This document shows, in pieces, positions 47,571-61,000 of a stretch of DNA of 64,000 nt. The stretch is from Tubiluchus corallicola. Taxonomy: Eukaryota > Animalia > Priapulida. The stretch covers positions 62,001 to 126,000 of the forward strand of contig JAQGDQ010000152.1 of the NCBI GenBank assembly GCA_030141605.1. Reading direction: 5' to 3'. Under the pieces are notes generated by a model. It did no database searches and was not told the origin of the DNA. It worked only from the letters and a program-made list of their open reading frames with translations. A program made the position numbers and the translations under genes. The number at the start of each line of letters is the position of its first letter. Position 1 is the stretch's first letter.

Positions 47571-50204
47571 TATCAATTTTTAAGTGTGACAAATTTTTTT
47601 TAAAGGTTGTGTGACGTCATGTACGTGTTTAGATACTGATATTTAGGTACAGGTTGGTTGCGATATTGACCACAAACTCCGACTTTGCTAACAATTATAA
47701 ATACATTATAATTACCCGCAGCACCAAATCCTGCTACTCATAATTTTTTATCAATAATAGAAAAGTGGCCATCACACACCTAACAATTTGTTTCAATGTT
47801 CAATCTCTGCGATGCACGGCTTAGTACATCAGCAAGCTACATGATATGTGCCGCCAGACATTGCAAAGTTAAGGAAAAATTTAACAAACCTGCAGGGCAG
47901 CTCTTTGTGACGAGGAGAGATGATGAGCTTCAGTGACAGGGTCCCTCACAACAGCAGGCTGTAAACAAATCAGAACACCTTTAATACACAGCTATAAACT
48001 GCAAAAATTTGGTAGAATTGTCAATTTTGACATTTACAATAAAACAGCGAACTCGGTAACAATTTCAGCAGAACTTTACGCATGTACAAACTGTAAAGAT
48101 TAGTTAGATTCGCTTATTCCATAATTTGTAATATTAAAATGACGAACTCGGTAACAATTTCAGCACACGATGACTTATCACTGATTTGCACCTTTTAATG
48201 CAAAAAAAAACATTAAAATGCCAAATCGATCGCACGATTTCCAGTAAGATTAGTCTTAAAAGTGGCTCGAAGTCATCTCTGAACGCACTGATATGATGAT
48301 TATTAAATATACATTTCATTTGATGCAGAATTACAGCTATTCACCAGTAACCATCATGAATAAATGAAATATTAAGTGCAAATTGAAATAGTTTATATGA
48401 AGTTGTTTTTTTGCTAACAGAATAATCAATTTTGATAGATACAGAAAGACCAGAAAACTCACCGGCAATGCTGGTACAGCGGGCAGAGGTCCAGCCCTAG
48501 AAATAAAGAAATATTTTGATATTGAACTGCAGAATGTAACGTTACAATCATAAAGTCTTTCTAACAATTCCAATAACTGAAACACCACTGCAGGGCTGAG
48601 AATAAAGTCGCTTTATCGAAACGTGTTTACCGTTCACCGGATTATCAGAGATTGTAACCAGGCATTTTTTGCATAGTGACTTTTTTCAAGTCAGTACAAA
48701 AACGTTTTTATATTTCTTTCAATTTTTTAAATTCTACAAAATCAACTTGAAAATAAAATGTGCTGATTTTACAATTTTTAATTTAAAGGATAACAGCAAG
48801 ATTTATTACACGAATATAAATAACCCCATATGTATAACCCACTAATGCCTGGCAATTATTGCCACAGGGATTTTTTTCCCTTTTTATGTCCACTAAATGC
48901 TGATGCTTGTCTTTGCTCTGCCATGCCATACTTGGCAAGATAAGATCAACAAGCTATGAAATATTACTGATTCGTAAAGAATAGTAACCTCGTTTTTGTA
49001 TTAAACAATTGTTGCTGCTAAGTTACCAGCCCATAATTTAAATGCCCCACATGCCATATCAAATAAGGATTTACCTACTAAGTACTATCATTTTTAACTA
49101 GTAAAAAATAATTATAATTTATGTTATAAAATCGTGTTCTATTTTTTTAGTTTTTACACGACTTTTACATATTAAATAAAAAAGTACTAATTTAAAAAAG
49201 GAATGAGTTTTTATTTGTAATTTTTCACTAAATAAGTAAACGACATAATTTAAAAACAATCACCCTAACATCAAAAATTAGTTAGGCAAAATAATAACAA
49301 GATAAATTTTACCCTGTGGAAGTAGGCAACTGAGCCGTGCCGACCGATGGAGTAGTTTTACCTGGTAACTGCATTCGCAACCGTTGCTTTTGCTGCTGAA
49401 GTTCCTCCAGTATTTTCTGATTCTGCATTTTTAGCACATCAAAAACTTTTGCTTTCCCAGTTACGAATAACCTAAAGCATTTGTGTAAAGAATGTGTAAC
49501 TTGGGCTAATGGTATCCTGTTTAACTAATGCCTTAAAAATTATAATTACGCATTACATATAATTTTAAAATACTTCTCAAATTTTCACTCGAGCACCTTT
49601 TACCACGCCAAAGATATTTTCAAGACAAGGCACCTTAGAAATGCTGAAACATAAATTCAATTTGCACTTGTTTGTTGCCATTCCACGCCCAAACGTTTTG
49701 GTAGAGCCATGATACTCAGAGGTTTGTTGTAACTTCTGAGTGGTCTGGGCACCGTCTTGCATGGTTTAAGCAATGAAATTCAAGTAAAAAATAAAATGCC
49801 TGGAAGAGAGAGGCGTGGAGAGAGGCTAAGAAAGAGACTAAAACCAAGGGAGAGAGAGAGAGAGGGTGAGCAAAAAGTAAGTAAACTATGCTACACATGC
49901 CGTTTACCTTGACTTTTCCGTTGCTGGTCGTTTTGCTTATCTGCTCTTTCTCTCTCTCTCACACAAACGCGCACACACACGCAACAATACCCTAATGGCT
50001 AACTAAAGAATGAGGCATTCGAAAATTTTAGGCTAACTAGGAATCGAAGCTAGCTGGAACCGCCTATTTTCACAACAGATGTTTAATCTGCTACTGACCC
50101 AATATGGCAGAGTTAGTCTGAATTTTCGCACCATAGTTACTATAATATACATTTAATCAGAGCCATCTATGTTATGTTGAATACGCCCAATAGCAGGAGT
50201 TGCC

Positions 50205-50560
50205 CTATAATCCTTTGCACCTTTTTGTAAAGTATTGTGAATGCACACATGTGCACAAAAAAGGGGCAAACACGCAGATGTTACATTGAATGAGAGCAAG
50301 AGTATTTGCATTCAAGGCTGTTATTCCAATATAATGGGAATTAAGAATCGGTGGTCTCTTATAAATCAGACTAGTTCTTCTGACTTTGCTAACTGTAGTT
50401 TTTATAATAAGTGTGTTCAAACTTTCATTTTGTCCTTTAAAGACTTTTGGCAACAGCTTGTACACAGTTCGTTAGAAATACATGGGCCTTTCTCTGTTTT
50501 AGGGTGTGTTTCATTATTGAGTTTTGGTTTAATTACTAATTCTATTTGCAATGGTAATGC
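50205..50560 (-). mobile_element. Possible decayed L2/CR1-group LINE 3' fragment
   Basis: LLPKVF...SKVRRTSLIYKRPPILNS loosely resembles the LINE ORF2 tail (LLP..F...R..S..Y.GP..WNS). Confidence 0.3.
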
Positions 50561-53500
50561 AATCTCACAACTTATGTTTAAAAGTTAAACACCATATGTA
50601 TAGCAAATCTTTATGGGTGACAAGGAGTGAATATAAATATGGTTGATCAGAAAAGCTACCATCACATAAGATTGACCAATTTTAACACTGTGTGCCAGCA
50701 GTTAAAATCACAAAATTGAGTTTGTTTGGCTGTTACAGTACTATTGCAACTTTTTTGCATTTTATGCAATGTGCAGATAAAACATTGTGAAAATGTAGTT
50801 TATAACTGTTGAAATTAGAATGGCAGCCATAGAATCTTATCACCACTTATATGTTTCTGATGTAAACTCAGTGCGGCTATAACTTTTTAGGAGAAATTAT
50901 AACTTACGCGCTTCTTGCTGTCAAGCATGTTAGACAGCAGCTTTTTAATAATAAGGTAATAACTCACTTTAATATTGTTTGATATCACAATTATGTGACA
51001 AAAACATGCACACTGCCAAATTATCTTCGTGCTAGTGTTACACTGTGACTTTGCCAGAGTAACATAATAAAAATTATCGTGTTTGAATTTTGTCATTGTT
51101 TGACTTTCACCTTAAGCTCTGAGCATACTTGTAAGATTGTGCTACTAGTGTAACTTGAATTAATACACCAAAATTAGTAACGAAACAGATCCTAAGTCAG
51201 AAAAAGATGCATGTATTTGCAATGAACTGGACCCACAAGGTCATTGTAATATTACATACAGTACCACAAAGTAAATCGGCAAGTTGACAAAAGTTTTTGG
51301 GCATGCATGTGTATGGCCTGCATGGATACCCTATAAAAAGATGCAGAGAATTATAGGCCAACTCCTGCTGTTGAGTGCAATCAACATAATAGAGATATGA
51401 TTAATTTTAACTAAATCGTAAGAATTGAGACCAGCTATTAAGTCAGTAGCTCAAATTTCTCATTGCCTCTTTCTTCTAGTATATCAATTTTCCTGTATAA
51501 TTGGCGCTGTGCAAATTAAATCCTATTAACAGTTAAAACATCTGGTTAGCTATCATTTTTGCATACAGTCATATAGCGATCCATCAAAAATGAAATTATG
51601 TCACAAACATAATAATTGATAACTGATTTGTGGGTGTTTTACAGCATATATTCCATCAATGCAGTCAGATATAATTTCAACGAAGTTGCAAGCCCAGAAA
51701 ACGTGCGACAGTTTTAGAGCACTTAGAAAACAATTTCTGTGTAGGTTCTCAGAAATGCTTTTAAAAAGTTTTGATAGTTTTTTGGAAATAGCATGCGAAA
51801 CTGATTATTTGCAAGTTAAAATGTTTCACAGGTATTTATTTCTACTCAACACTATTATGGAATATAACTGGAAAGTCCACTTGTGCATACCATAGATTCT
51901 TCAAAGACTCTCTATGCTTCCAAATTTGCAAAAGCCCAGTATAAAGAAATATAAATAAACATTATGTATGGTACATTAATGTACTTTACATATAGCACTG
52001 CAGGCCATTGCAGAAGTATTACAGATTTGTACCTCCATCTCTGCGATGTGTTCAAGTTGTGTTCAAGTTGTTTATCATTCATCATGAATAAAAATTCTTT
52101 GCATATTTCCAGTCTTGAATGGCACTTCAACAGTTACCTATTTTGCCTTCATTTTACATCATTTTACTCTTCGTTATGAAATATAATTATTATTGTTTGT
52201 GTCATCTTGGAGCAAAACATTTGTGAAACGTTTTAAGGCCCTACATTACCGACAAAGTTTTTGACACATTTTAAGATAATTATTGCAAAAGTGTTTTGTG
52301 TTTGCTGGGCAGAGGGTATGCAGCAGTTCCATCTCGCAAAGTCGCAATGACATCATAGTTAATATATACTGATCATGTAAAATAAAGTTTTTATGTTTTA
52401 CGATCTATGGTTAACGTTGACATCCATCGTTTAAACTTGAAGCAAGATTTCTTATATTGAAGTGAGTTGAACATGATGAAAACCTACGTCTTCTGTTAAT
52501 GTTGTGTGCTGCATCCCTGGAGGCGTGGAATTTAAAGTTAATGTCCGATGTGCAATGTGGTCACAGTTTTTCGTGTTTTTTGAAGGTTAGTTAACTGAAA
52601 ACCTTTAAAAATGTTCGCAAATTCACAATTGTATTCTGGGTTTCGGGTAGATACAACAACTGGCCTTGACGTATTTATATAATTATATATTGAATTAAGC
52701 TCTTGCACGCTTTGGTTTCAATGAAATAAATACAGGCTAATTTGAGCAACGCCGTGTCGCACAATGATGTTTTTAATTTTACAGCGAATTTCAAAATATT
52801 TCTCGTTTAACATGTTGGCTTGTTGTTGATTTCTATGTTGTTGCGCATACCAATAGATAAAAATAATCACTTCGTGCAGACGCGAAAATGAAAATATTAC
52901 GGTAAGTTAATTTTCTTTAAATATAACGTTGTTCTTTATTTTTTACATCTTTCTTTTGAAATATTGCTTTCTGCGACATTATTGATACGAGCAATGTGAG
53001 AGCGAGTTAAAAACTAACCACCTAAACTGCAATCTAGCCTAGTGTCAGTTGAAGGTAACTGGTAAACTTTGAAGCCCTTTATTGCTAGTTATAATATTAC
53101 TAGTGATCAGAGTCACTTCAAAAAAGATGTAAATTCAGTAGTACTAGGCCAGCTTTATTTTGTGGTAATTCGTCTAGACACAGTTGGTTTCCATAGCAAC
53201 AGGTTGTAGGCAGAATATTCTCTGGGTATATTTTGCATTCACTCTCTACTCGAGTGTGGTGTACGGACCATCAGTTAGCTGTGAAACAAAAAAATTCAGT
53301 GTTATAGATTTTCAGCAGTTCTTTCAAATAGTGTATGATCTATGGTTAGCATTTCAAATCAACATCGTGTAAACTTATCTTGAAGCAAGCTTTCTTATAT
53401 TGAATCTGATCAATCGTCTGAGAAACAGATAAAAAATCATTGTTGAACTAAATGATAGCTTAATTTGAGCAAAATGAAAAAAAATTCGTTAATAAATGTT

Positions 53501-54873
53501 TAGTTAGTAAAGTAAAATAATCAGTTTGTGAAATAATTTCTAATTACTTTATTTAATTAGACTAATTAGTTGTTGGAACTTAGACTTGTAATCTAAATAC
53601 AAGCTGAGTCATGTAAAACTTTGTTTCTTTAAGCCAAATTTTGCTGAGGGTCCACCGAGGATAAACAAATGATCTATGTTTAAGGTTATGAATACTTAGT
53701 TGTTGATATTGGTACTGATACTAATCAAGTTTATTAGATTATTTTTTGAACATAATGGAGAGGGTAAAATAACCATTGGGTAATTAATAGTGTCAGTTTT
53801 AATCTTTACTTATAAATTGTGTTAGTTTCAAAATTCTTGGCTAATAAGATGGCAATAATGATAATCTAACTAGTGATGACTATAACAATGACTATGATGA
53901 TGGTAGTGATAATGATGATCTATGGCGTCAATAATAATAATAATGCTTTACAGCTTTTCGGAGTTTGTGATTCCCTGTTCAAATGCTTTTGTGATGAAAG
54001 ATTTGTTCTATAGTTCAGCACGTGGCATGCTGACATTGTGCAAATCTGCTTCAACTGATTCAATGTGGACACATCGATCTGTGAACCACGCTTCTCATGT
54101 AGTATTATCAATGTGGACTGCCGTGTCAGCGTTATAGAAGACTGTAGAATTGTTGCTGCGTCTCGTACTCTCAGGTATGCATAGCTATGATCTGCACGTT
54201 TAAAGTCCCCTCATTGTTTGCATTGTTGTGGACTTTGTCACATCGTATGTTTAATTAGTGCACATGCACTCGCTAATGCTGACACAGTAGTAGTAGTAGT
54301 GTGTTCTTTGCACTGTAAGTAACGTATGACTGCATGGCTAAAATACCTTGTTTACGTGTGCCACCATTGATGACTACCATCGAGCAGTCGTGCAAAGGCC
54401 AAGAATTGTATTTTAAGTATGAAGATGACACTGCATCTTCTGTCACTATGTAAATTCATCTCAGTTACCTAAACTCTTAAAGTCATAAATTTATCAACCA
54501 AATAAATATAGGCCACGGTATTAATTGTGGAATATGTTAGCCCAGTAAACTGTATACAGAGAGATTGATGGAATTGCAGTTGACTTTGCTTGAAAATTAC
54601 CTAGCTTCAGTCAAATTCATAGATCTGTTTAATTTCATTTGTCTTTTAGCTTGTAATCAGATTAGAAGTTTCATTTAACATCTCTACATGTGTAAATAGT
54701 CTCGTAAGCCACTTGTAGTGATTTGACACAATTGACTTCGCTTGGCTTGTAGTGATTTTTCTCCTTCTTGGAAGCCAGGTGACGAATTGTAGACTGTGTT
54801 CTATTGCAATTTATATTGACTGTTACCTAACCCCGGCTGTTGTTGCTATATCAAGCTCGTGTAGCACTTGAAG

Positions 54874-55061
54874 ATGGCGCTGCGGAAGAGGAGAAAAGTT
54901 GATTGCCCAAACGGCAATGATGTGCACAGCCAAAATAACAATGTTGTGTCAAAAAGTGGTGATGATGCAGTTCCCGTGATGAGAAAGGTGCCGACTGCAC
55001 ATAACTGGGCTTCGTATAAGCACCACGTTGTCTGGGACGATGGTACAATGACATTCTTTTG
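54874..55061 (+). CDS. PTDSS2: PTDSS2 first coding exon (MALRKRRK...[10 protein letters not shown])
   Basis: aagATGG Kozak context; TG|gtatgt donor. Confidence 0.9.
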
Positions 55062-58000
55062 GTATGTTCACATTTTTTTTTTGTTTTTTGTGCTTATAAT
55101 GACTGTTAGCTTTCGCTATTAATAAAGCAAATCCATCACCCAACAGATGATGCTTCCTAGAAAGTTGGCTTAAACAATGAGAACTCGTTTCTAGCGGTTG
55201 CTACAGCAACGATAATGTAAAAATGTTGCGATTACAATTAGTCTCAGCAAAATGTGTTGTTATTAAGAATATTTTTTGCTAATTCAAACAGTGTGCAAAG
55301 TTTCAACACCTAATAGCAAAATTTTTGTTCTTGAACATATAATGCTGCTCTACAAAGGAGAAAGCAGTAAGTGCAATTTTACCCAAAATGAGTTTTCTCT
55401 TTCATTCTTATAAGCAGTAACTGCCCTTTTTACTACAATAACCTTTACAGCTCATAATACTTGTTTTCCATGAAAACAGACTGCAAGTAGCAATGAATGT
55501 ATTTCACGATGTTGGTACTAAGACAAAAAGCAGCACTGATGTAGTTTACTGCTATGTTCCATTGTTCTTCTTTACATTTACTGCTGTTTACCACTGTGTG
55601 TAGAAGAAATTATAGTTAGATACTGCTGGAGGTATTCACTTACTCATTACATAAACAACAAAAAACAATAATAACAATAACGATAACAACATCAAATTAC
55701 ATAAAAATTTTGAAAATTTTACTTTTATAAAAAACAAACGGGTTCTTTTGATTCAAATTTATACATATTTTTACATGTTATAAGAAAAACTGTGAGCAGG
55801 AAAACCTTTCAACTTTATGTTGACATTTCTAAAATTGCCGATTTTGCAGTTTCTGCTTTCTGATATTGGAGGGCAGAATGGTAGAAAATCAATAGTCGAT
55901 TCTCGCCCTGGGAAATTTCATTCTCCGTACTCATCCTTCATTGTTTTTACTGTTTACTGTACTGAGGGAACTGAGGCTAAGACGAGTTATGGCTCTGCAG
56001 AGTGTGTATTCAATATCTGATTTATAAGTTTTGGAGGTGTAGCATTGATAATGAGCTAGATTCTTGTCCCTTCACAACCGCCAACATTCAGTACTCCCTG
56101 CTATTGAGTGCTAAATTCTGGCTTGCAACATGCGTGCGCCAAACTGTTTATGCTTTATTAAAATTGCCTTTTCTGAAACTTTAATTAAGCGTAGCTTTTG
56201 TAATTATTGTGTTTCTCTCACAGGATTTATGATGGTGACATAAAATTGGAGCGGCTTTAACCGTTCAAGATTAAGACAATTTCTTCAAGTAAAAACTACT
56301 GAGAACAGATCAAAATAACCATTCAATAATTAAAAAAATATGAACAAAATTTTATCTCCACTAATGTTTTAGTTAGAATCAGCATGGGCCCATATAGATT
56401 AATCTGTATTGGTCCATAGCATAATTCAACATAGTTAGTTTTCATACTTTTTCACTTTCTACTATAAACACTAGTAGTTGCCTGCCTGTATAGATAAATA
56501 AATAAATATTAGTTGCTGGTCTGATTTAATGCCAAGTACCTAATAACTGTACAAAGTAAACAAGACCCACGCATTTGAACTTTCACCTTTTCTTCTGATT
56601 AGTGTTGATGGAAAATAACCTATTACTGTGTTTGACAAACGTGAGCCTAGCTAATGTCGACATTCATCTTTCTCTAAGAAAATTCCGGATGTTTTGCTCC
56701 GTTTTGCATTTTTCCCTTTTGTGCTTCTTTGATTGTTTTGAAATTTTTTGCTCCGAGATTTTTGCAAGTCAAACATTGTTTCATCGCCGGTGTGTCCTTC
56801 TTTAGAGAAGGAAGAGCAGCTAATAGGCGAGCAGGGGGAACAACCGCTCCCCCTCGAGCACATTTTTCAAAACTGGTGCCTTTTGAACAATGGAGTAATT
56901 ACTTTATTTGGCCAACCGGCCTCTCTTGTTTCTGAAATGAACGTGCATTTATGCAACTCGTTTGTCAAGGATGACTGACAAGCATCAAATTGATCCAGAT
57001 TTAATTATTTTAATATGTTCTTGTTACTCTATTTTAACTAGACATGTTTGTCTAGCAGTAGGCCCAGTGTTAATTACATATTGCATAGGCAAGTTTCAGT
57101 GTCTTTACTTCTTAGTATAAGGATGTTATACCATATCATGTGTTTAGAAAAACAATCATACTATCATAGATATTTTTTCTGCTGAAGAAATGCCATGGAC
57201 AAAAAAAACTAGGAAACTATTCTCTGTGGGAGAGAAAGAAGATGAAAAAAAGTAGCTAATCGAGAAAAAAAAATAGTCAAAATGTCAGAGATTTGACGCA
57301 TAATTTTCAATTGAAAATAATTATGTACTTCCTCTAAAATTGTATCTATCTCGTGTTTTGATGTTAAACACAAAACACCTAATCAATGCATTAAAAATTG
57401 TTTTGTATGTGTCATGGCGCTATTTTTATGTGCTTGCTAACTTCAGAATCTGACTACGTCCCTGAACTGATCATCCGCTGTGCATGGGGGCAAGGTGTTG
57501 TTGTATCTCTTAACAAACAAAAATAAAGTCAATCAGGGTCACAGCGTCGTTTTATAACACTGACTAAAATACGTTGTAATGAAAGTACAAAGGCACAAAT
57601 TTGCAATGAACTAAACAACAATTCATTATTTCACCAGAGGACCCATTAATGCTTGTCAGGCAGTTTACATGTCAATAATTTTGCATTTCCAGGCGAGCTC
57701 ACACACTAACGGTGCTGTTTTTATTTTCCTGCATATTATTGTACGTTGCCGTGTTCGACGTTTCCACGGACAGCAACTACAACACAAAGCGGTGAGTCAC
57801 TGTATGCCTTTCATTTCCACAAAGAAGCATCAGGTGTCATGCTGCATAGTGGTAAATTTAGCTGTCGTGTTTCTGTCAAGAGATTATTTGTCAGAGTTAT
57901 TTATGTGCCTGTTGTTGTACTAAGCAACATTTGCTGGTACCGCGCCAAGGTTATCTATTATGTAAAGTTACTAAATAAATAATAAATGTTTAGTACAAAA

Positions 58001-61000
58001 TTTTTTGTTATGATTATGGTAGTGATGTTGATTATGGTCATGGTCGTAATTACGTCGACGATGATAGTGATAATAGCATTGAGGAGTGTTGATGATAATG
58101 ACGATGATGATTACTATGATGGATGACGATGATGATGACGATACTGACAATGATGATGTCGATGGTGGTAATGATGATAATGATGACGATGGTGATAATG
58201 ATGACGTTGACGATGACGACAACGATGATGATGATGATGACAATGTTGATGTTGATGTTTTTGGTTTTAGTGGTTTTGAAACTGATGCTGACAACGATAA
58301 ATTTGCCTTTTATTCATGTGACCGAATTTTTTTTTAGTGGTGTTATTGCCTGTATATGTGCCTTCATATTATTTGGGATCACTCAGACACCAGATGGTCC
58401 GTTCAAGAGACCTCATCCTGGTAGGTTAGAATATTTATCTTACATGTCAGGTTGTGGAAATTTACCACGACGATAAATGTTGCATCACACCATACGCCAT
58501 CTCCGTAAGACAGTCAGAGATTTTTCGAGCTGGCAATAGTTTAGTTTCTGACGATTATTGAGGCACTAATTTTGCTTTCTTAGTAAATCGGGCTGAAAAC
58601 ATTCATGGCTGCCATGGCATTTCTTACTTTGCTGAGTCGTATTGTTATTTTTAGTTAAAGCAAAACTGCACGATTGATTAGACTCAATCTCATTTTAATT
58701 TACTGTCTGAAATATACATTTTTTTCCCAATAAAAGTTATCAATTGTTTCTTATATTTGAACAATTAGCTTAGAGAGTTAATTAACGGCAATTGAACACA
58801 GCTATTGCTTACGTCAGAACCTAACCACAGTTTGTACAATGGCAGGCATCTGAACTAATGTTTACATATTCATCAGATTTTCTTCAAAAGTTACAGTGAT
58901 AACTCAAGCAAAGAAGGGGAGGCAATGCAGCATTTTAAAGTTTATCCATATTTGATTTTGAAATGTGATCCACTTTACAAAAAGACACTATAGTCGGCAG
59001 AATGAACATTAACATTCAGAAAACACACTAGGTGGCTCTGTTAGCATCACTTGCAGGATTCTGTCAGCCTGAGCCTGTAGTCTGTAGTAAACATTTATGT
59101 ATTTCCAATGTTACGACAGTTTTTTTCAATAAGAAAAAAGCTTCAACAACTTTTGTGATTTTTCTATAGTTAAAGGAAGTATTTATCATTTATACTAAGC
59201 CATATTGTACAATTATTGCGTATTATATGTCGGCGTGTCTTACTATTGCACAGTTTGTACGTAGAATATCACAGATGATGATAGTGTTTCTCAGAACCAT
59301 TACGGGCTGACAGTATGCAATGCAATACTTGATGCTTTCCGGTGTCTGATTCAAGAATTTGTATGATGTTTCTATGAAACGCGAAACTGGTACTTTGGCA
59401 GTTAAAAAAAATGCACTTGCAAATATCTTACTGTGTCAAACTGCTCAGCTTCTAAGTTTTGCTTATCGTGTTTCCACCTTCCTTCTTTTTTGTTTCTTTC
59501 AGTTTTATGGAGGTTTGTTTTCTGTGTCACCATTATCTACCTGTTAGCTCTAATATTTATACTTTTCCAGGTAAGTGGTTATTTGTGTGTTTTTGAACTT
59601 TTGTCTGACAAGACGAATTTAAACAGCAATAAATTCAATTCAAGATCTTCCAGAGCAAAAATGTTTTTAATATAATGGTAGTAGGTTATCCAGGCTGAAG
59701 TAAATAAGTGAGTGATCATTGTGTGTGATTGGCAGTACTAGTTAAGCAGTATTAGACCTGGTGAGTGAACAGACGGATGACCACCTAGAAAAGTTCTGCT
59801 GGATGATTCCGTTTACCGTATATTGCTCCTTCCTGAAGAGGTATACGCATGGCTGCCATTCTTGATTTTGATGCCTTGATGCTCTTATAATGCCTGACTA
59901 ATTAAAAAAGTTTTTATATCTCATTTCAAGGAAGTTTCACTGAGGAACACTCCAATATTATCAGTCTGGTAGTGCTAATGGAAAACTTTTTAAAGTAACT
60001 TTGAAAATCTGGGCTCATTTTCTTATTATTTGCTTATTATGATGTATTTCGTTTTTGTGGCGTCCAGCAGCAAAAAAACTAATTCCAGAACTCTATAGGC
60101 ACTGAATGCCATTACAATCATCTATGGCGCAAAAAAGAAGAGAATATGCAAAAAATGCACATATACTTAGAGCTCCTATGACTTGAGACCTCATAAATAT
60201 TACTAATTGTACTTTTTCTTTCTGGGTTTGTACTGCTGTGCCACAAGTGCGACGTTAAAACTTTCATTATTTCCTGTGGTACTTGTACTTTGATTTTGTT
60301 AAAGGAAGACCGGTCGATTGTTTAGACTTAATCTCATTTTAATTTACTGTCCAAAATATACATTTTCTTGCCAATAAAATTTAGCAATTGTTTCTTATAT
60401 TTGAATAATTAGCTTAGAAAGTTAATTAACAGCAACCGAACACAGCTATTGCTTATGTCAGAAACTAACCAGAATAGTGCAATGTCACGAAAATGAGCTC
60501 TACATCATATGACGTAAGAACCTAACACTGCAGTTCATGATCATTGTACCTGCTTCTATTTGTCGGCCACGCGAACGTGACAAAAAGGCGCTGTTGCTAA
60601 TCTTAGTAGATTCACTGAGCCGCACATAGCTTTGAAAGTTTAACGAAATTTGAGTGTCCGAGGTAATTATTATTTAATCTAAGCTTTGACTTAAAAAAGC
60701 TATTGTAGTTTTTAATATTTTAGAGCATTCTTTATTCTGAACTAATGTTTACATAATCATCCGGTTTTCCTTTAATTTATTATTTTCATCGGCAAATTTG
60801 TGCAGTGATGTGAGAATACTGTTGTTTACAAAAGAACAAGTAAGATTACGTAATATTAATGCAAATTCGCTACACGATTCCTATTCTCATTTCCAGTGGC
60901 GTCGTGCACCAAAAAAAATTGGGGGGGGCCCGACTGTATATAATGGCGGAACTTAACTGTTTAAAAAACGTATAATTTTGAAAAAAAATAAACAGTATTT

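Noticed and set aside
46763-47614. 194-aa and overlapping periodic ORFs; possible CRISPR-like array
   Set aside because: Pure head-to-tail 39-bp repeats with no unique spacers or cas genes; the ORFs arise because the unit is 3n and stop-free, and the frame breaks at ~47225
57971-58337. Poly-Asp, poly-Ser and poly-Met ORFs
   Set aside because: Translations of an intronic (GAT)n microsatellite; PTDSS2 exons 2 and 3 join in frame without it
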